From the human T2T-CHM13v2.0 reference genome, Homo sapiens, in assembly GCF_009914755.1 (NCBI RefSeq), contig NC_060935.1: a stretch of 64,000 nucleotides of DNA. One strand, given 5' to 3'. Each line of letters starts with the position of its first letter. Position 1 is the stretch's first letter. Of the stretch, positions 51,660-64,000 are shown piece by piece. The notes beneath the pieces were generated by a model that made no database searches, was not told where the DNA came from, and saw only the letters and a list, made by a program, of their open reading frames with translations. The translations under genes and the position numbers were made by a program.

Positions 51660-52939
51660 GAAACCTTATTTTTGTCTATAATCACTAAAACAGGACATGG
51701 AAATATCAGGTTCTCTATAAACATCTGATGAATGAATGAATGGCTGAATGAACAAATAAGCCTAGAAAAATGAACATGAGATCCGGAGTCAAAAGAAAAT
51801 AGCTTATAATAACCACCCCCATCTCTTGCCCCACAGTGCTATTCTTATCTCCATTTGGCCTCAGAGGCAGGATTTAACCTGTTGATTCTGCTCTCTGAAG
51901 TATCTCTGTACTGATGCCAACCCAAACTGCATGCAGACCATGGCTTATGGCTCACTGTCTAGAGGAGGGGAACTGGTGACATATTTTGCCGGTTTTGCAC
52001 TAAGCCATAATCCCACTGACTTTGAACTTCATGCTTCCAGGGTTACATCTGGACTCGGTCCCAAGGATGGGGATTCCTGAGCTCCCTGAACCAAAGGCTG
52101 CTAATTCTAACAGCTCTCCCAACCCCATCAGATTAAAGAATGGCCTCATTAGACCAAATATATGTTTACATGTGGGGAAAATATTCAATAATTATCCTTA
52201 AATCTTTCAACACGTTTCAGTTAAACACAAAAGCAGGGCTGTGAATTTTGGATGAATTCTACATATTTTCAAAAACAAACACAAACATAAAGAATGTCAT
52301 TCCAAAGTCACAGGTTTGTGAAATTACTGCTTGGCAAGAAGGTCAGGGCACTAATAAAAACATCTAGCAGGCCAAATCTAGCTAATCAGGTCAGAGGGAT
52401 CCCTGTGCAGCAGTGCTGACAAGGGAATAGGGTGGGGCGCCTAGGAGGCGGCAGGACTGGGTAGGGAAGATGGTAGAGCCTTCAGCCAAAGGATGCAGAG
52501 GAACTGTCCTTAGCCAAGGTCTGTTTTGCTAATATGTCAGTAATACATGGTTTCTGCAACCTCTAGCTGTGCTATGCTTCAGTTAGCTTGTGAGTGCTGG
52601 GCCTGAAACTATTATGGAGGAAACACATCGTACTAAACGCAGGGTGGGTTCATATCCTATTACATTCCTTAAGAGCTGTGTGGCTTTGGATAAGTCTCCT
52701 GTTTTTGTGATTTTTAGGTTTCCCATGTATAAAGTAGGGGTGAATATAACAACATCTCAGTGATTTGAGGATTACGCAGACTACTTGGGTTAAAACGGAA
52801 AACACATTTCAGCAGCATATTAGTCTGCATCCCCTAACCCCAAACACATTTGTATCCCCGGGGCCTGATCCTACGGATGCACTCAATAAATGGATGCTGA
52901 AGTGAATAAAGCGAATAAGGTGCCCTGGGTTGTTTTTTT

Positions 52940-53135
52940 AAAGTATGTTTATTATAGAAAAGTATACATAAAACTCATCATTTTAACCATTTAAAAGCAT
53001 GTAATTCAGTGGCATTTAGTATACATCCAATGTTGTGCAACCCTCGTGACTACCTGGTTCTAGAACATTTTCTTCACTCCCCAGAGAAACCCCCATACCC
53101 ATTAAGCAGTTATTCTCTTTCCACATCCCCAAGTC
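52940..53135 (-). mobile_element. L1MB-like 3' end
   Basis: ttttaaccatttaaaag...aattcagtggcatttagtatacat...tagaacattttcttcactccc...cccattaagcagt. Confidence 0.8.
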
Positions 53136-54446
53136 TATGACGATTTTAGCTAAAATCAATACTTTAAAACATGGCTGGAGGATATTGCGTTGGTGAGAAA
53201 GTTGGCAGGAGCTGGTCAGGCAAGAATTGATTTCCTGAGTGTCCACTGCGTGCTCCTCTCTGTGGGAGGCACAGGTAGATGCACGGTCACAGCTCCACTG
53301 GGCATGTGCAACACTATGAAGGAGGTTGTGTTCCAGGAATGTGAAGAAGCACAGTGGAGTTGGAAGCTGAATTAAGGGAGAGTGGTGAGAGACGGGGTCA
53401 GTGGGGTCAGAAGGGGTTGGATCAGGAAGGGGCTTGGTGCAGTAAGATTGGGATTTAAGTCCATGAGTCGATGACTAGAGGCTCAGCCCTTTCCTCTCCT
53501 ACCTAGTGTGGTTTGAGGATGCTTTTAGGAGGAGAGAGACAAAGAGACATGCACCCCACCCCCTTACTGACAGGTCTGCAGTGGAGGGCCCTGGCCTGGC
53601 TGCTACTGGAGCTCAGGCTGCAGAGGAGCCCGGCTTGGAGGCAGGCAGCCACGGACAGTTAATGAGTGATTTATTGGTGCTGCTGCAGAAGCAGCTTCTC
53701 TGGGACCTGTTCCTAATTAACAACCACTAACTGGATGACGCCTTTTTTTTTTTTTAAATTAGAAAAAGCCCCCAAAGCCCTTTTTCCTTATCTTAGTGGG
53801 AAGAAAGACTTCACCTTTGCCTGCTGGTTAATTCTAAAATACAACAGGTATTTGGCAGAAATCCCCACCCACTCCTTCACTCCTGTGCAGACACGCAAAA
53901 CACACCCTCATGTGGAGTCAAACCCACACATTCTTGCTCACGTGTTCCCCAGTCACACATTTGTTCCTGTGCTAATGTAACTGCACTGACATTGTCACAC
54001 ACTCCCACTCATATGGTGTCGAGAGCATCTGCACTTTGCACTTGCAGTCACTCTTACACGTGCATTCCCACACAGCCACATCTCCTGCTGTTCTAGGCAA
54101 GGCCACAGGGACACACATGGTCTCAGGCAGGAATCTTCCCTGTGGCATCATGCCTCCGGTGAAGGGGCTGACTCACTTAGAAGGGGCTTAAGATTGTGTG
54201 TCCTGGCCCAGCCTGGTCAGCTGTGAGATGCTGTGAGCCAGGGAGATGGGGAGGGAGTTGCAGCCAGGCCTCAGGGGCCCAGCATGGAGAGTGGCAACTG
54301 CTCCATTGTTCAGAACAAAACGGTTTCTTCTGTTACAGTTCATGGAGCACCAAAAAGCTGCAAATTTAAGACCCAGGCTTCTGAGGGGTGGGGAGTTAAA
54401 AGAGCCTGTCATAGTGCCTGGCAACTAATGGGGTGTGCTTGGCATC

Positions 54447-54892
54447 TGTTATGGGATGAACTTTCCCCCCCAAAAAAACGACAAGTTGAAGTGCTGACCC
54501 CTAGAACTTCCAGATGTGACCTTATTTGGAAATAGAGTTGTTGCAGATGTAATTAGTTAAGATGAGGTCATAGCCGAGTAGGGTGGGAACCTACTCCAAT
54601 ATGACTTGTATTCTTATAAGACAGCAGCCATGTGAAGGCAGCACCATGCAGGGAGAATGAAACCGTGTCACAATCCAGGCAGAGACTGGAGTGATGCAGC
54701 TGCAAGCCAGGGAATACCAGAGATGGTGGCAACCCACTGGAGCTAGGAAGAGGCAGAGAAAGATTCACCTACAGGGTTCAGAGAGAGCATGGCCCTGTCT
54801 ATACCACCCAGAACCACGAGACAATGAATTTCAGTTGTTTTGAGGCACTTGGTTTGTGGTACTTCGTGACAGCACCCTAGGAAATGAATACA
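54447..54892 (+). mobile_element. MaLR solo LTR, MLT1C-like
   Basis: gatgtgaccttatttggaaatag...gcagatgtaattagttaagatgaggtcat...ggtttgtggtacttcgtgacagcaccctaggaaatgaataca. Confidence 0.88.
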
Positions 54893-55131
54893 ACACCCAA
54901 TAAATATGAGTTCTATTCCCTTGTTTCTTCTTTCTGGGCCTCCATCTAGCATTCAGAAACATAGGCTTGATGATTCATCAAGACGCGATGAGAACCCATT
55001 CTAATCTATACATATTTATGGAATTTTATGTGCCAGGCCCTGATTACACAGAGATAGATAAACCATGGCTTTGCCAAGATTGACACAGATCTGTGAAAAG
55101 GTTTCACGGCATTACCTTGAAATAATACTTA

Positions 55132-55176
55132 ATTAAAAGTAACGGCAAAACCCGCAATTACTTTGCGCCAACCTAA
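55132..55176. mobile_element. MADE1 (Hsmar1-derived mariner MITE), one arm only
   Basis: attaaaagtaacggcaaaacccgcaattactttgcgccaacctaa matches the MADE1 TIR arm. Confidence 0.8.
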
Positions 55177-56098
55177 TGTAAAGTGGACCACTGAAGAAAA
55201 ATAATACCTCTGACCAAGAGACAGACTTAAAAAGGACTTTGAATTCCCCCTCCCTCCACAAAACAATGCTGGACCTCTGACAGGGATGACGAGGTCACCC
55301 ATCAGATCTACTTAAAAGGTTTCACCCCAGCTTTTGAGCTCTAGATATTGAGTTTCATGAAGACACTGTTGTGGTGGAATACAAAGCTAATCAATAGTGG
55401 GCAGCTCTTTTTCATATTAATTAGCCAGCTGTGCAGGAATAAAAAATACATCAAGCTCACTCGTGCTCTCTGGGGATGCTCACTTTGCTGGTGCAATGAC
55501 AGCAGCTCCCGGGAACCACCACACTCTGCCAGGGACTGGGCTTCTGCGGGCTGTCACAGTCTGTGGTCCTGGAAGTGCTCTGTCTGTGAACACACTTCGG
55601 ATTTGTCTCAGAGCTCTTAGGCTCCTTGGACTAAGACCAGTCTCAGCTAACAGCTCGGCAGCACTTCTCCTTCAGTGCCCATGTGTCAAGGGGGCCTAGG
55701 GTAGTGGGAGGATGCAGGTTCGGAGTCAGGCGGGTATCTGTGTTTGAATTCAGCCTTATTAGGCAGGTGGCCTGACAGCTGGCACTTAATTTGTTTGAGC
55801 CCCTATTTCTGTAGCTGCAAAAAAAGAAAATACCAATTTTATAGCGATTTTAAGAGGAGAATGAAATGAGATAGTGTATTTGAATAGGCTTATGTAATAT
55901 CTGACCTGTAATAAGTACTAAATGATAATTATTAAATAAATAATTATTGAAGAGCACTTAATTAATATAATAACACCTATTAAGTTATTTTCATTATTAT
56001 TTTTCCCAGACACAGATTTATCATGGCCACAGGTCACTGAAGGCTCTTGAAGCCCTGTCATACCTGGTACAATTTTTCTTTTCATTTGTCTTTTGATT

Positions 56099-56670
56099 TG
56101 GGATAAAAAAGGAAAAATTAGTCCCTGACAGCCAGGAGCTGGCCTGGCACTCACAGTGAGGTGACGGCATTCACCTGTTGAATATCAACAGTTTCACATA
56201 CCAACCTCAGACAAGGCAACTCTGACTGTAATGGATCAAGACAAAAATAAGGTCACTCTACAGTCATGTCTGAACTCAGACAAAAAACACAAGAACATTG
56301 TTCAAGCCACACAATGACCAAACACTCCCTATCCTGCCTAACATGAGTGACTGCCACCTTTTTTCCAGTGACCACTTCAACTTCACACCATTCTTCCTGC
56401 CTTCTACATAAGATTTATGAAGATACCCCGGCAGAAGATTGCCCATTCCCTGACAGTAGGCAGTCTAGAGCAAAGCCCTGATCCTGGACCCCACCCCCAA
56501 ATCATGTGACACAAGGGCCAATCCTGCACATCCTTTCTAACACCCTCTACCGAGACCCTAATGGCTCTGCATGGTGTGGTGCTTCTGTGCTGCAAAGAGT
56601 CTGTGATCGTGTCTTGGTTCAACCAACTGTATGTGAGTTTCTGGTAGTCTTTGGCCAGATTGTATTAACA
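56099..56670 (+). mobile_element. ERV1-class solo LTR (subfamily uncertain)
   Basis: agccaggagctggcctggcactcacag...cagacaaggc...atgaccaaacactccc...atgagtgactgc; ends ...aca. Confidence 0.6.
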
Positions 56671-57516
56671 GAGGTTTCAGTGTTACCCTGACCTAGCAGG
56701 AAGACTGATTCGGGGTAGCAACACCTCTGGGCCTTTTCTGTACCCGGATACCAGGTAAAGCTTTCTCCCTAGCCTACTTTCTCTATCAAACGGGGATCCT
56801 GACTCCACAACCTTTAAGTTGCCTCTTTTGCCACTGGAACTCCTGAAAACCATGTTACAGGATGGGCAGGGGCCATTCTGGTGGGCATTCTTCTGTCTGT
56901 GGTCCCATCCCAGATCTCCCTTGGTCGGTGCTTAGAACCTCAGGGGACCTTAGGCATCATTTTATCCAGTTGCTCAAGCAGAGCTGGATTTCTTCTGCGG
57001 ATTCTCTGGCTGATGGTTACCCAGAAGAGTCCTCAGCACTGATGTATGCCTACGTAGGTGTCTGTCTTCTGTATACCATGAGCCCCTGAGGTAGAGACCA
57101 TGTCAGGTCCAGTTAGCCTTCCTGCAGCCAGGCAGCACTAGCACCTTGCCTGGCACAGATTGCTGAATGGGAGCAGCACACAGACAGTCACTGGGCAGCA
57201 CAATTCCCTCCCCCAGTCCCCAGTTCATCAATACAACTATGGACCAAGTAGCACTGGCCCACTGTGAGAGTCATTTGGACACGGCTTTTCCCCCCTACTC
57301 AGGACGCATCATTTCATTTTTCTCTCCACTTTCATTATCAGCACTAGCAGTGCGCTCTAACAGAATTTCTCACAAAGTTTATAATCACTCTCTAAGAGTT
57401 ATTGCATGAAGGAGGATGACTAGAGAAAGAACTACAAGGCCGTCCTGAGAAGTATACACTAGGGGGATCTGCTAGGGCCACTCACTAATCAAACAGGAGG
57501 GCAGTCCAAGAGGCAG

Positions 57517-58065
57517 GGGGCAGAAAGGAGTTAACATAGCAGGCCGAAGCCTGCATCCTTAGAAAGCTCTGCTTGCAAAGCTGGCCTTGGGCTGGTGCCT
57601 GAGAACCTGGCTGGTAAACAGTTGCCTAGGTCCTAAATGATAGGAGGGGCTATCTGTGCCTAGATTGTATTATGCCTAGATTGTACCAATAATGAGTGTA
57701 TGTTAAACACCTTATTTCCTTCCGGGAGTTTGGAATTTGGTGCATGCTAGGCAGAGGGCACCTATGTGACTAGCACCTGATCAACACTTGGGGCCCTGAG
57801 TCTTGAGCTTCCATGGTAAACAGCACTTTGTAGGTGTCATCACAGCTCCTGGCTGTAGGAACAGAGCACTTCCCGCATGACTCTGCTGAGAGAAAAACTC
57901 TTGGAAGCTTTTGCCCGGCTTCCTCCGAACTTTGTCCCATGAACCTTTTCCCTTTGCTGATTTGCTTTTTTTTCCCTTTTGCTGTAACAAATATTGTGAG
58001 CTCCACTCCATGTTGTGTCCTGTAAATGCTTTTAGTGACTTATTGAACCTTGGGCACATCCGGAC
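57517..58065 (+). mobile_element. MER68-like ERVL solo LTR
   Basis: gcagaaaggagttaacatagcaggcc...atccttagaaag...ggaatttggtgcatgctaggcagaggg...cttttccctttgctgattt. Confidence 0.8.
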
Positions 58066-58989
58066 CCAGGCTCCAAGGCCAAAGGGCCACTGTCAGCATT
58101 TAAAGCCAGGGTATGGGCTCAGGTGCCCTGGACTGGGGAGATGATGTCATGACTTATGAAATGTCAGGTATTAAAGGGCATTGTGAGCTATTATGCACTC
58201 CCTAAATGTGAATAATAATGGCCAGGCTGCCAGAGCAGACTCTTGAAGAGCTTTTGAAATCTGGGGAAAAAAGCGACACGATCTTTTTTCAAAATAAAAT
58301 CCATCTTTTAGCACTAGCTCTAGTGCTGGGGTTATAAATTATTGAAGGCTGTGGATGCAGGTAGAGAGAAGGGCAAATCCTTTGGGCTTAAGCGGTTTCC
58401 CTCTTTTTGCTACCAGGTGAGGCCGCATGTAGAGTGAGAGAGAGACGCCTGGAGGCACCTCACTTCTAATTGCTGTCTAACTTCTGACTTAGCCCATTTG
58501 GTTCCCATTTGAAGCACCTTCTTTTGCACTTTCATAGCCCACTTCACACCCATGAGGGCTCTTCTCTCCTCCCTCTTGCATCTTTACAAGCAGCTGGAAT
58601 TGCAAACAATTTCCCTTTGTTTATACCATGCTTTGAACCTGGTTTGTTCCATACACTTATTTCCTTTTTGGAGGCACATTCAGGAAAGCAATTTGTTTTG
58701 TAGTTTAGGTACTACACAAACTAAGTACAGCAAACTCATTTAGAAGCCAGGCTGCTGAGCAATGGCAGAAAGAAAATCCCTCTTCGGTGTTTGGGACCAA
58801 AAGGATTTGGCTATTTATTTGAGGGAGAGTTTCTTCCAGAAGAAGGATCCTTCTCACAGAGCAAACTGGGAGAAAGTGGCCTGAAGAAAATCAGGCTGAC
58901 TGGAGCCTTTTCACACTTGGTCCTGGTACCTAGGGAATCATCTCTGGCAGTTAGAGCCAGGCTGACCAGCTGCCAGAGAGAGTTATGAA

Positions 58990-59420
58990 CAGCTGTGCAT
59001 GCGTGTGGAGTCAGATAGACCTGGGGTTGAATCCCATCTCCTCCATGGGCCAGCTGCATGATCTCAAGAGCACTTCCAAATGAGAATGAGGCCGATATCT
59101 ACCTCAAAGCTTGTCACAAATGTTAAACAAAATATGAAAACACTTTGTAAATCATGAAGTGCAATGCATTTAACAACATACACTTAAATAGCACTTCCTG
59201 TGTGCCAGACACGATTCTAAGTGCTTTAACTTTCTTACCTCATTTAATCCTTACAACCACACTGTGAGAGAGATACCAGAATTATCCCCATTTTACGGGT
59301 GAGAAGACCGAGGCATGGAGAGATGAAGAGACCTGCCTTGTTTAACACAAGGTAACACAGCTAATAAGTGGAAGTGCTAGGGTTCCAACCCAGGCAGCCT
59401 GGCTCCAGAGTATGTGCTTA
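58990..59420. mobile_element. Two MIRs tail-to-tail (+ ~58990-59170, - ~59175-59420)
   Basis: tggagtcagatagacctggggttgaatccc on +; catttaatccttacaacc...ccccattttacgggtgagaagaccgaggc antisense. Confidence 0.7.
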
Positions 59421-59682
59421 TAAGTTGGAGTCACCAAGTGTGTGTTTGCAGGGGCTAGTCTGATACATCAACACCTTTTTAACCTGTAAAATTACTAAAA
59501 GTCATTCACTCAAGTAGTTCTATATTCCTGTCTCCATCAGGTAATATGACTAGGGTAAGAGCTTTGGATTTGGATAGCCCTGGGTTAGCTATCAGCTTTG
59601 TAACTGGCTAGCTGGCAAGTTACTTATGCTTTCGAGGCTTGAATTTCATCAGCTCTAAAATGGGAATAACAACCCCTGTTTT

Positions 59683-60485
59683 TCTTCTTCAACTTTTAAG
59701 TTCAGGGGTATATGTGCCAGATGTGCAGGTTTGTCACATAAATAAACGTGTGTCATGGTTAGCTATTCTTCCTGATGCTCTCCCTCCCCATTGCACCAAC
59801 CTCCAACAGACCCCAGTATGTGTTGTTGCCCACAATGTGTCCATGTGTTCTCAGCATTCAGCTCCCACTTATAAGTGAGAACATGCAGTGTCTGATTTTC
59901 CATTTCTGCGTTAGTTTGCTAAGGATGATGGCTTCCAGCTCCATCCATGTCCCTGCAAAGGACATGATCTTGTTCCTTTTTATGGCTGCACAGTATTCCA
60001 TGGTGTATATGTACCACATTTTCTTTATCCAGTCTAACATTGATGGACATTTAGGTTGATTCCATGTTTTTGCTATTGTAAATAGTACTGCAATGAACAT
60101 AGGTGTGCATGTATCTTTATAACAGAGTGATTTATATTCCTTTGGGTATATACCCAGTAATGGGATTGCTGGGTCAAATGATATTTCTGCCTCTAGGTCT
60201 TTGAGGAATTGCCACGCTGTCTTCCAAAATGGTTCAACTAATTTACACTTCCACCAACAGTGCAAAAGCATTCCTTTTTCTCTGTAAACTTGCCAGCATC
60301 TGTTGTTTTTTGACTTTTTAGTAATAGCCATTCTGACTGGTGAGAGATGATATCTCATTGTGGTTTTGATTTGCATTTCTCTGATGATCAGTGATGGTGA
60401 GCTTTCTTTTGTATGTTTGTTGGCCGCATGTATATCTTCTTTTGAGAAGTATCTGTTCATGTCCTTTGCCCACTTTTAAATGGGG
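59683..60485 (-). mobile_element. 5'-truncated L1PA (ORF2 C-terminus and 3'UTR), inserted in a MIR
   Basis: ORF 59858-60460 (200 aa) is the L1 ORF2p C-terminal region (CW...[26 protein letters not shown]); TSD aacaaccc(c/t)tgtttt at 59668-59682 and 60486-60500. Confidence 0.95.
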
Positions 60486-60689
60486 AACAACCCTTGTTTT
60501 ATGGGCTGATCATGGTAATGAAATGAAGTAATGCATGTGCACTATCTGGTTCACTGTAAGTATATAATAAATAGTGAGCATTACTCCTGTAATTATTGAC
60601 AGGTAGAGTTTATGAGTAAAAAGAAATAAAGAAAGGAGCAGGGGGGATGTGGCGAGGGAGGGAGGGAGGAAGAAGCAGTTAACAGCAGC

Positions 60690-61092
60690 ATCCATCACAG
60701 CTTATGCACCCTTTCAGTCTCTTGGGGCCGCCATCTGCTGGCCTCTCAGCCAATGGCAGCACTTCAGCTGCCACTGTGGCCAGTCGGTCCATTGAATTCT
60801 GCTGCCTAGCACCCATTAACTGCTTGTCTTGCCTTCCTCCCACAGACTATTCTGGAGAGTAGACTGCTATGTACAGCCTGCCTGAGAGCCTTCTCAGGAG
60901 GCATTCCTGCTTAGAGACCAGATATGTCTCCTTGCAGCTTGTTGTGAGGCACTGGCAAGCATGGTAACACATCACCGTTCTTTGCTTCTCATCTTTCTTT
61001 GTTTCATGTTCCTGAGTTGACTTCTCCTAAATAAAGCATCAGCTTTTAATCTTTGCCTCAGCTCTGCTTTCTAGGAAACTCAGACTAAATCA
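60690..61092 (+). mobile_element. ERVL solo LTR, LTR33-like
   Basis: 3' end cctaaataaagcatcagc...tttgcctcagctctgctttctaggaaactcagactaa. Confidence 0.65.
60725..60743 (-). promoter_or_regulatory. Candidate CTCF binding site
   Basis: Minus strand reads GGCCAGCAGATGGCGGCCC, matching the CTCF core CCASYAGRKGGCRS at all positions. Confidence 0.55.
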
Positions 61093-62520
61093 GGTTTATT
61101 AAGACAAGAAGATAGTAATTATATATACAAACAAACTCTTTATAAACAAAATCTGATAACCAGTTGGGCACCCTCTAAAGGATTCTTAAAGTCAAAATTT
61201 GGCAGAGGCGGGACTTGAGGTTCTTGACAAGTTCATGGTTAGTTAGTTATTCAGGGCAAATGCATTATGAATGTGGGTTCCAGCCTGACCTGCAGCTTTA
61301 TTTATTTAAACTGCTAGTAATTCAAAGCTAAAGGCAATTGTAGTCTTCTCAAGAACAAGATCACTCTAGATGTCATGTCTGTTCTTACCTGAATCAGAGA
61401 AGGCATTTGTCACCTTTAACTTCTCCCTGCTTAAAATTTCCCTGTGGTTCCTATCACCTTCAGGACAAAGGCTGAACCCTTGAGCCAGCAATTCAGAACC
61501 GTCTCCTGCTATGATGCAACCCAGCTCTCCTCTCTGGCCTCATCTTTTCTTAATCTCACAGGCTTTAGCCATAATAGATCTTTGCTGTTTCCTAAATAGT
61601 CTCCACCAGCCAGAAGTCAGACCCATGTTCTCTGTCTGCAGTCCAATGCCCCTTTTCCTGATTGCTGCTGCTTCCCACCATCAGAGGAAGCCAGGCTTGT
61701 CACTTTGGGGAGAGTTTTGGGAAGGTCTGGTCATCCCTAAGGGCTCTTCCTGAAAGAGATATTTTGTGGGGTATGGGTAATTGCTGCCTCCTGGGCTTCA
61801 TGTATCAAACCCATATAAACTCCTGGAGTCCCTCTTCATCCTTTGCTTCCTATGCTCCCTTCCAGACTGAAGTCAAAGGAAAGCAACCAATTACTATACA
61901 GTGCTCTGTCCATCTGCCTGGGTTGATTAGTGTGAAATTAAATTTGTGGTAAGGATCTATGGGTTGGAAGAAGCCAGATTTCTCTTGACATGCTAGTTTC
62001 ATGTTGTGCCCATTGCTATCTGCTCTGGGTTCCTCTCCAGTTGCCTTTGTGCTCAGTGGAGAGATCCAGGTGGGTGCGTGAACCCAGCTTATGCCTCATC
62101 TAGCCCCTGTATCTTCCTAAGTCAGCTCTCCCTGTTCGGGGATGCTTTTCCTGCTGTCCCCACAGCCCATAGTTACTCTACGGCTTATTAATCATCCCAA
62201 TGACCATTTACATAGGAGGGAACTGGGAGAGGAGAGAGGAGAGATGTACAGGTTCTACAAATTAGGGATTCCAGCTTTATCACTGTACAAGCTGTGTGAC
62301 CTTGATTAAGCCTCTGATCCCGGAGTCAATCTTCTTTCAGCTGAATCATGAGCCCCTGCCCAGATACTTAGTCATTCTCAGAAAGGGGATCCTAGAAATA
62401 CTAGGCCAACAGTTTTTGACCAAGACTTTTACATCATGAATCATGGAGTTTTTGAGCTAAGGGGTCCTTGAAGGAAGGGAATTAACATTCACAAGGTCCA
62501 GGCATATTCCAGGTACCATC

Positions 62521-62763
62521 TTTTTTTTTTTTTTGAGACAGGGTCTTGTTCTGCTGCCCAGGCTAGAGTTCAGTGGTGTAATCATAGCTCACTGCAGCCT
62601 CGATCACCCAGGCCCCTACCTCAGTCTTCTGAGTATCTGGGATTTCAGAAGCACACCATCATCCTTGGCTATTTTTTGTTGTTGTTATTTTTAGTTCAAG
62701 CGATCCTCCCGCCTTGGCCTCCCAAAGTGCTGAGATTACAGGCATGAGTCATGGTGCTTGGCC
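62521..62763 (-). mobile_element. AluJ with internal deletions
   Basis: gagacagggtcttg...atcatagctcactgcagcctcga (J-type); TSD ccag(g/t)taccatctttt at 62509 and 62765. Confidence 0.88.
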
Positions 62764-62796
62764 CCCAGTTACCATCTTTTAAGCTTGTTTTTACTA

Positions 62797-63195
<399 letters not shown>

Positions 63196-63249
63196 TTATC
63201 TTCTATGTGCCATACACTTTATTCTGCTTCTCTCTATTCTATCTATTAT

Positions 63250-63560
63250 ATTATTATTATTACTAATTTGTTTATTTTGAGATGCAGTCTCACTCTGTTG
63301 TCTAGGCTGGTGTGCGGTGGCATGATCTTGGCTCACAGCAACTTCTGCCTTCCAGATTCAAGTGATCCTCCCACCTCAGCTTCCTGAGTAGCTGGGACTA
63401 CAGGCACACACCACCACACCCAGCTAATTTTTGTATTTTTAGTAGAGTAGGGGTTTCACCATGTTGGCCAGGCTGGTCTTGAACTCCTGACCTCAAGTGA
63501 TCTGCCTGTCTCGGCCTCCCAAAGTGCTGGGATTATGGGCGTGAGCCACTGTGCCCAGAC
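63250..63560 (-). mobile_element. Alu (S/J), antisense with (TTA)n tail
   Basis: gagatgcagtctcactctgttg...gtttcaccatgttggccaggctggtcttgaactcctgacctc...gagccactgtgcccag. Confidence 0.92.
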
Positions 63561-63644
63561 TATTTATTATTATTTTAAATGATGTTGCTGAGCTATAAAA
63601 TTTATTTCATGATTGGTTGACCCATAGTTTTGAAAACACTGTCC

Positions 63645-63850
63645 TGCTCTTTCACATGCATGATCACCTTCCATCCTTATTACAACTTTAGGAGGTAGAC
63701 AGTTATTCATTCCCAGGTTGCAGATGAAGAAACTGAGTTTCTCCGTTTCTTCATCTCAGTGAGATCTAGTAATTCGCACAAAGTCACTCAATTCCTAAGT
63801 AGCTGAGTTGGGATTCCAAGTTTGACTCCAAAGCCTATCCTCCTTCCAAG
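63645..63850 (-). mobile_element. MIR SINE
   Basis: cagatgaagaaactgag...gctgagttgggattc...tgactccaaagcc. Confidence 0.7.
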
Positions 63851-64000
63851 TTATCTCACTGTCTGAGATTCCACTGACCTTTTTCGGCTGATGGGGAAAC
63901 TATGATAATGCTCAGAGAGAAGTGACTAGGTCAAAGTCACACTAGGACTAGTGACACAGCCTAAAATTGAAACCAGATTCATCCCTGGACTCCACACATC

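Larger units (their letters stand above)
50200..51760 (+). mobile_element. L2 LINE interrupted by two MLT1 LTRs
   Basis: L2 segments at 50200-50334 and 50698-51270 (ccagggtgatcttcctaaaat...cagaataaggttccaac) and 3' tail gaatgaatgaat ~51730. Confidence 0.65.

Noticed and set aside
59858-60460. 200-aa ORF as a host gene
   Set aside because: It is the L1 ORF2p C-terminus in a TSD-flanked truncated L1.

Overview
Primate (very likely human) non-coding genomic DNA, either intronic or gene-desert. I found no recognisable host protein-coding exon, RNA gene, CpG island or CRISPR-type array. A large fraction of the window is interspersed repeat. Identified by eye: 8 Alus (including two AluY), a ~4.8-kb primate L1 nested inside an older L1M, several 5'-truncated L1 3' ends, many MIR and L2 fragments, MaLR/ERVL/ERV1 solo LTRs (MLT1, MLT2, THE1 x2, MER68, LTR16/LTR33-like), and hAT/mariner fossils (MER5, MER20, MER91A, Charlie4, MADE1). 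The listed ORFs are repeat-derived or chance ORFs. I cannot support a genuinely new biological system. The best leads are: several repeat-free blocks dense in homeodomain, bHLH and PBX-HOX-MEIS motifs that look like developmental enhancers; a palindromic double E-box overlapping a splice donor; an LTR-borne CTCF site; an inverted THE1 LTR pair; an inverted Alu triplet; an L1 lacking both termini that replaces part of an older L1; candidate + strand non-coding exons; and two unexplained 15-16 bp direct repeats. Repeat subfamily names and most repeat boundaries come from remembered consensus sequences and are approximate.
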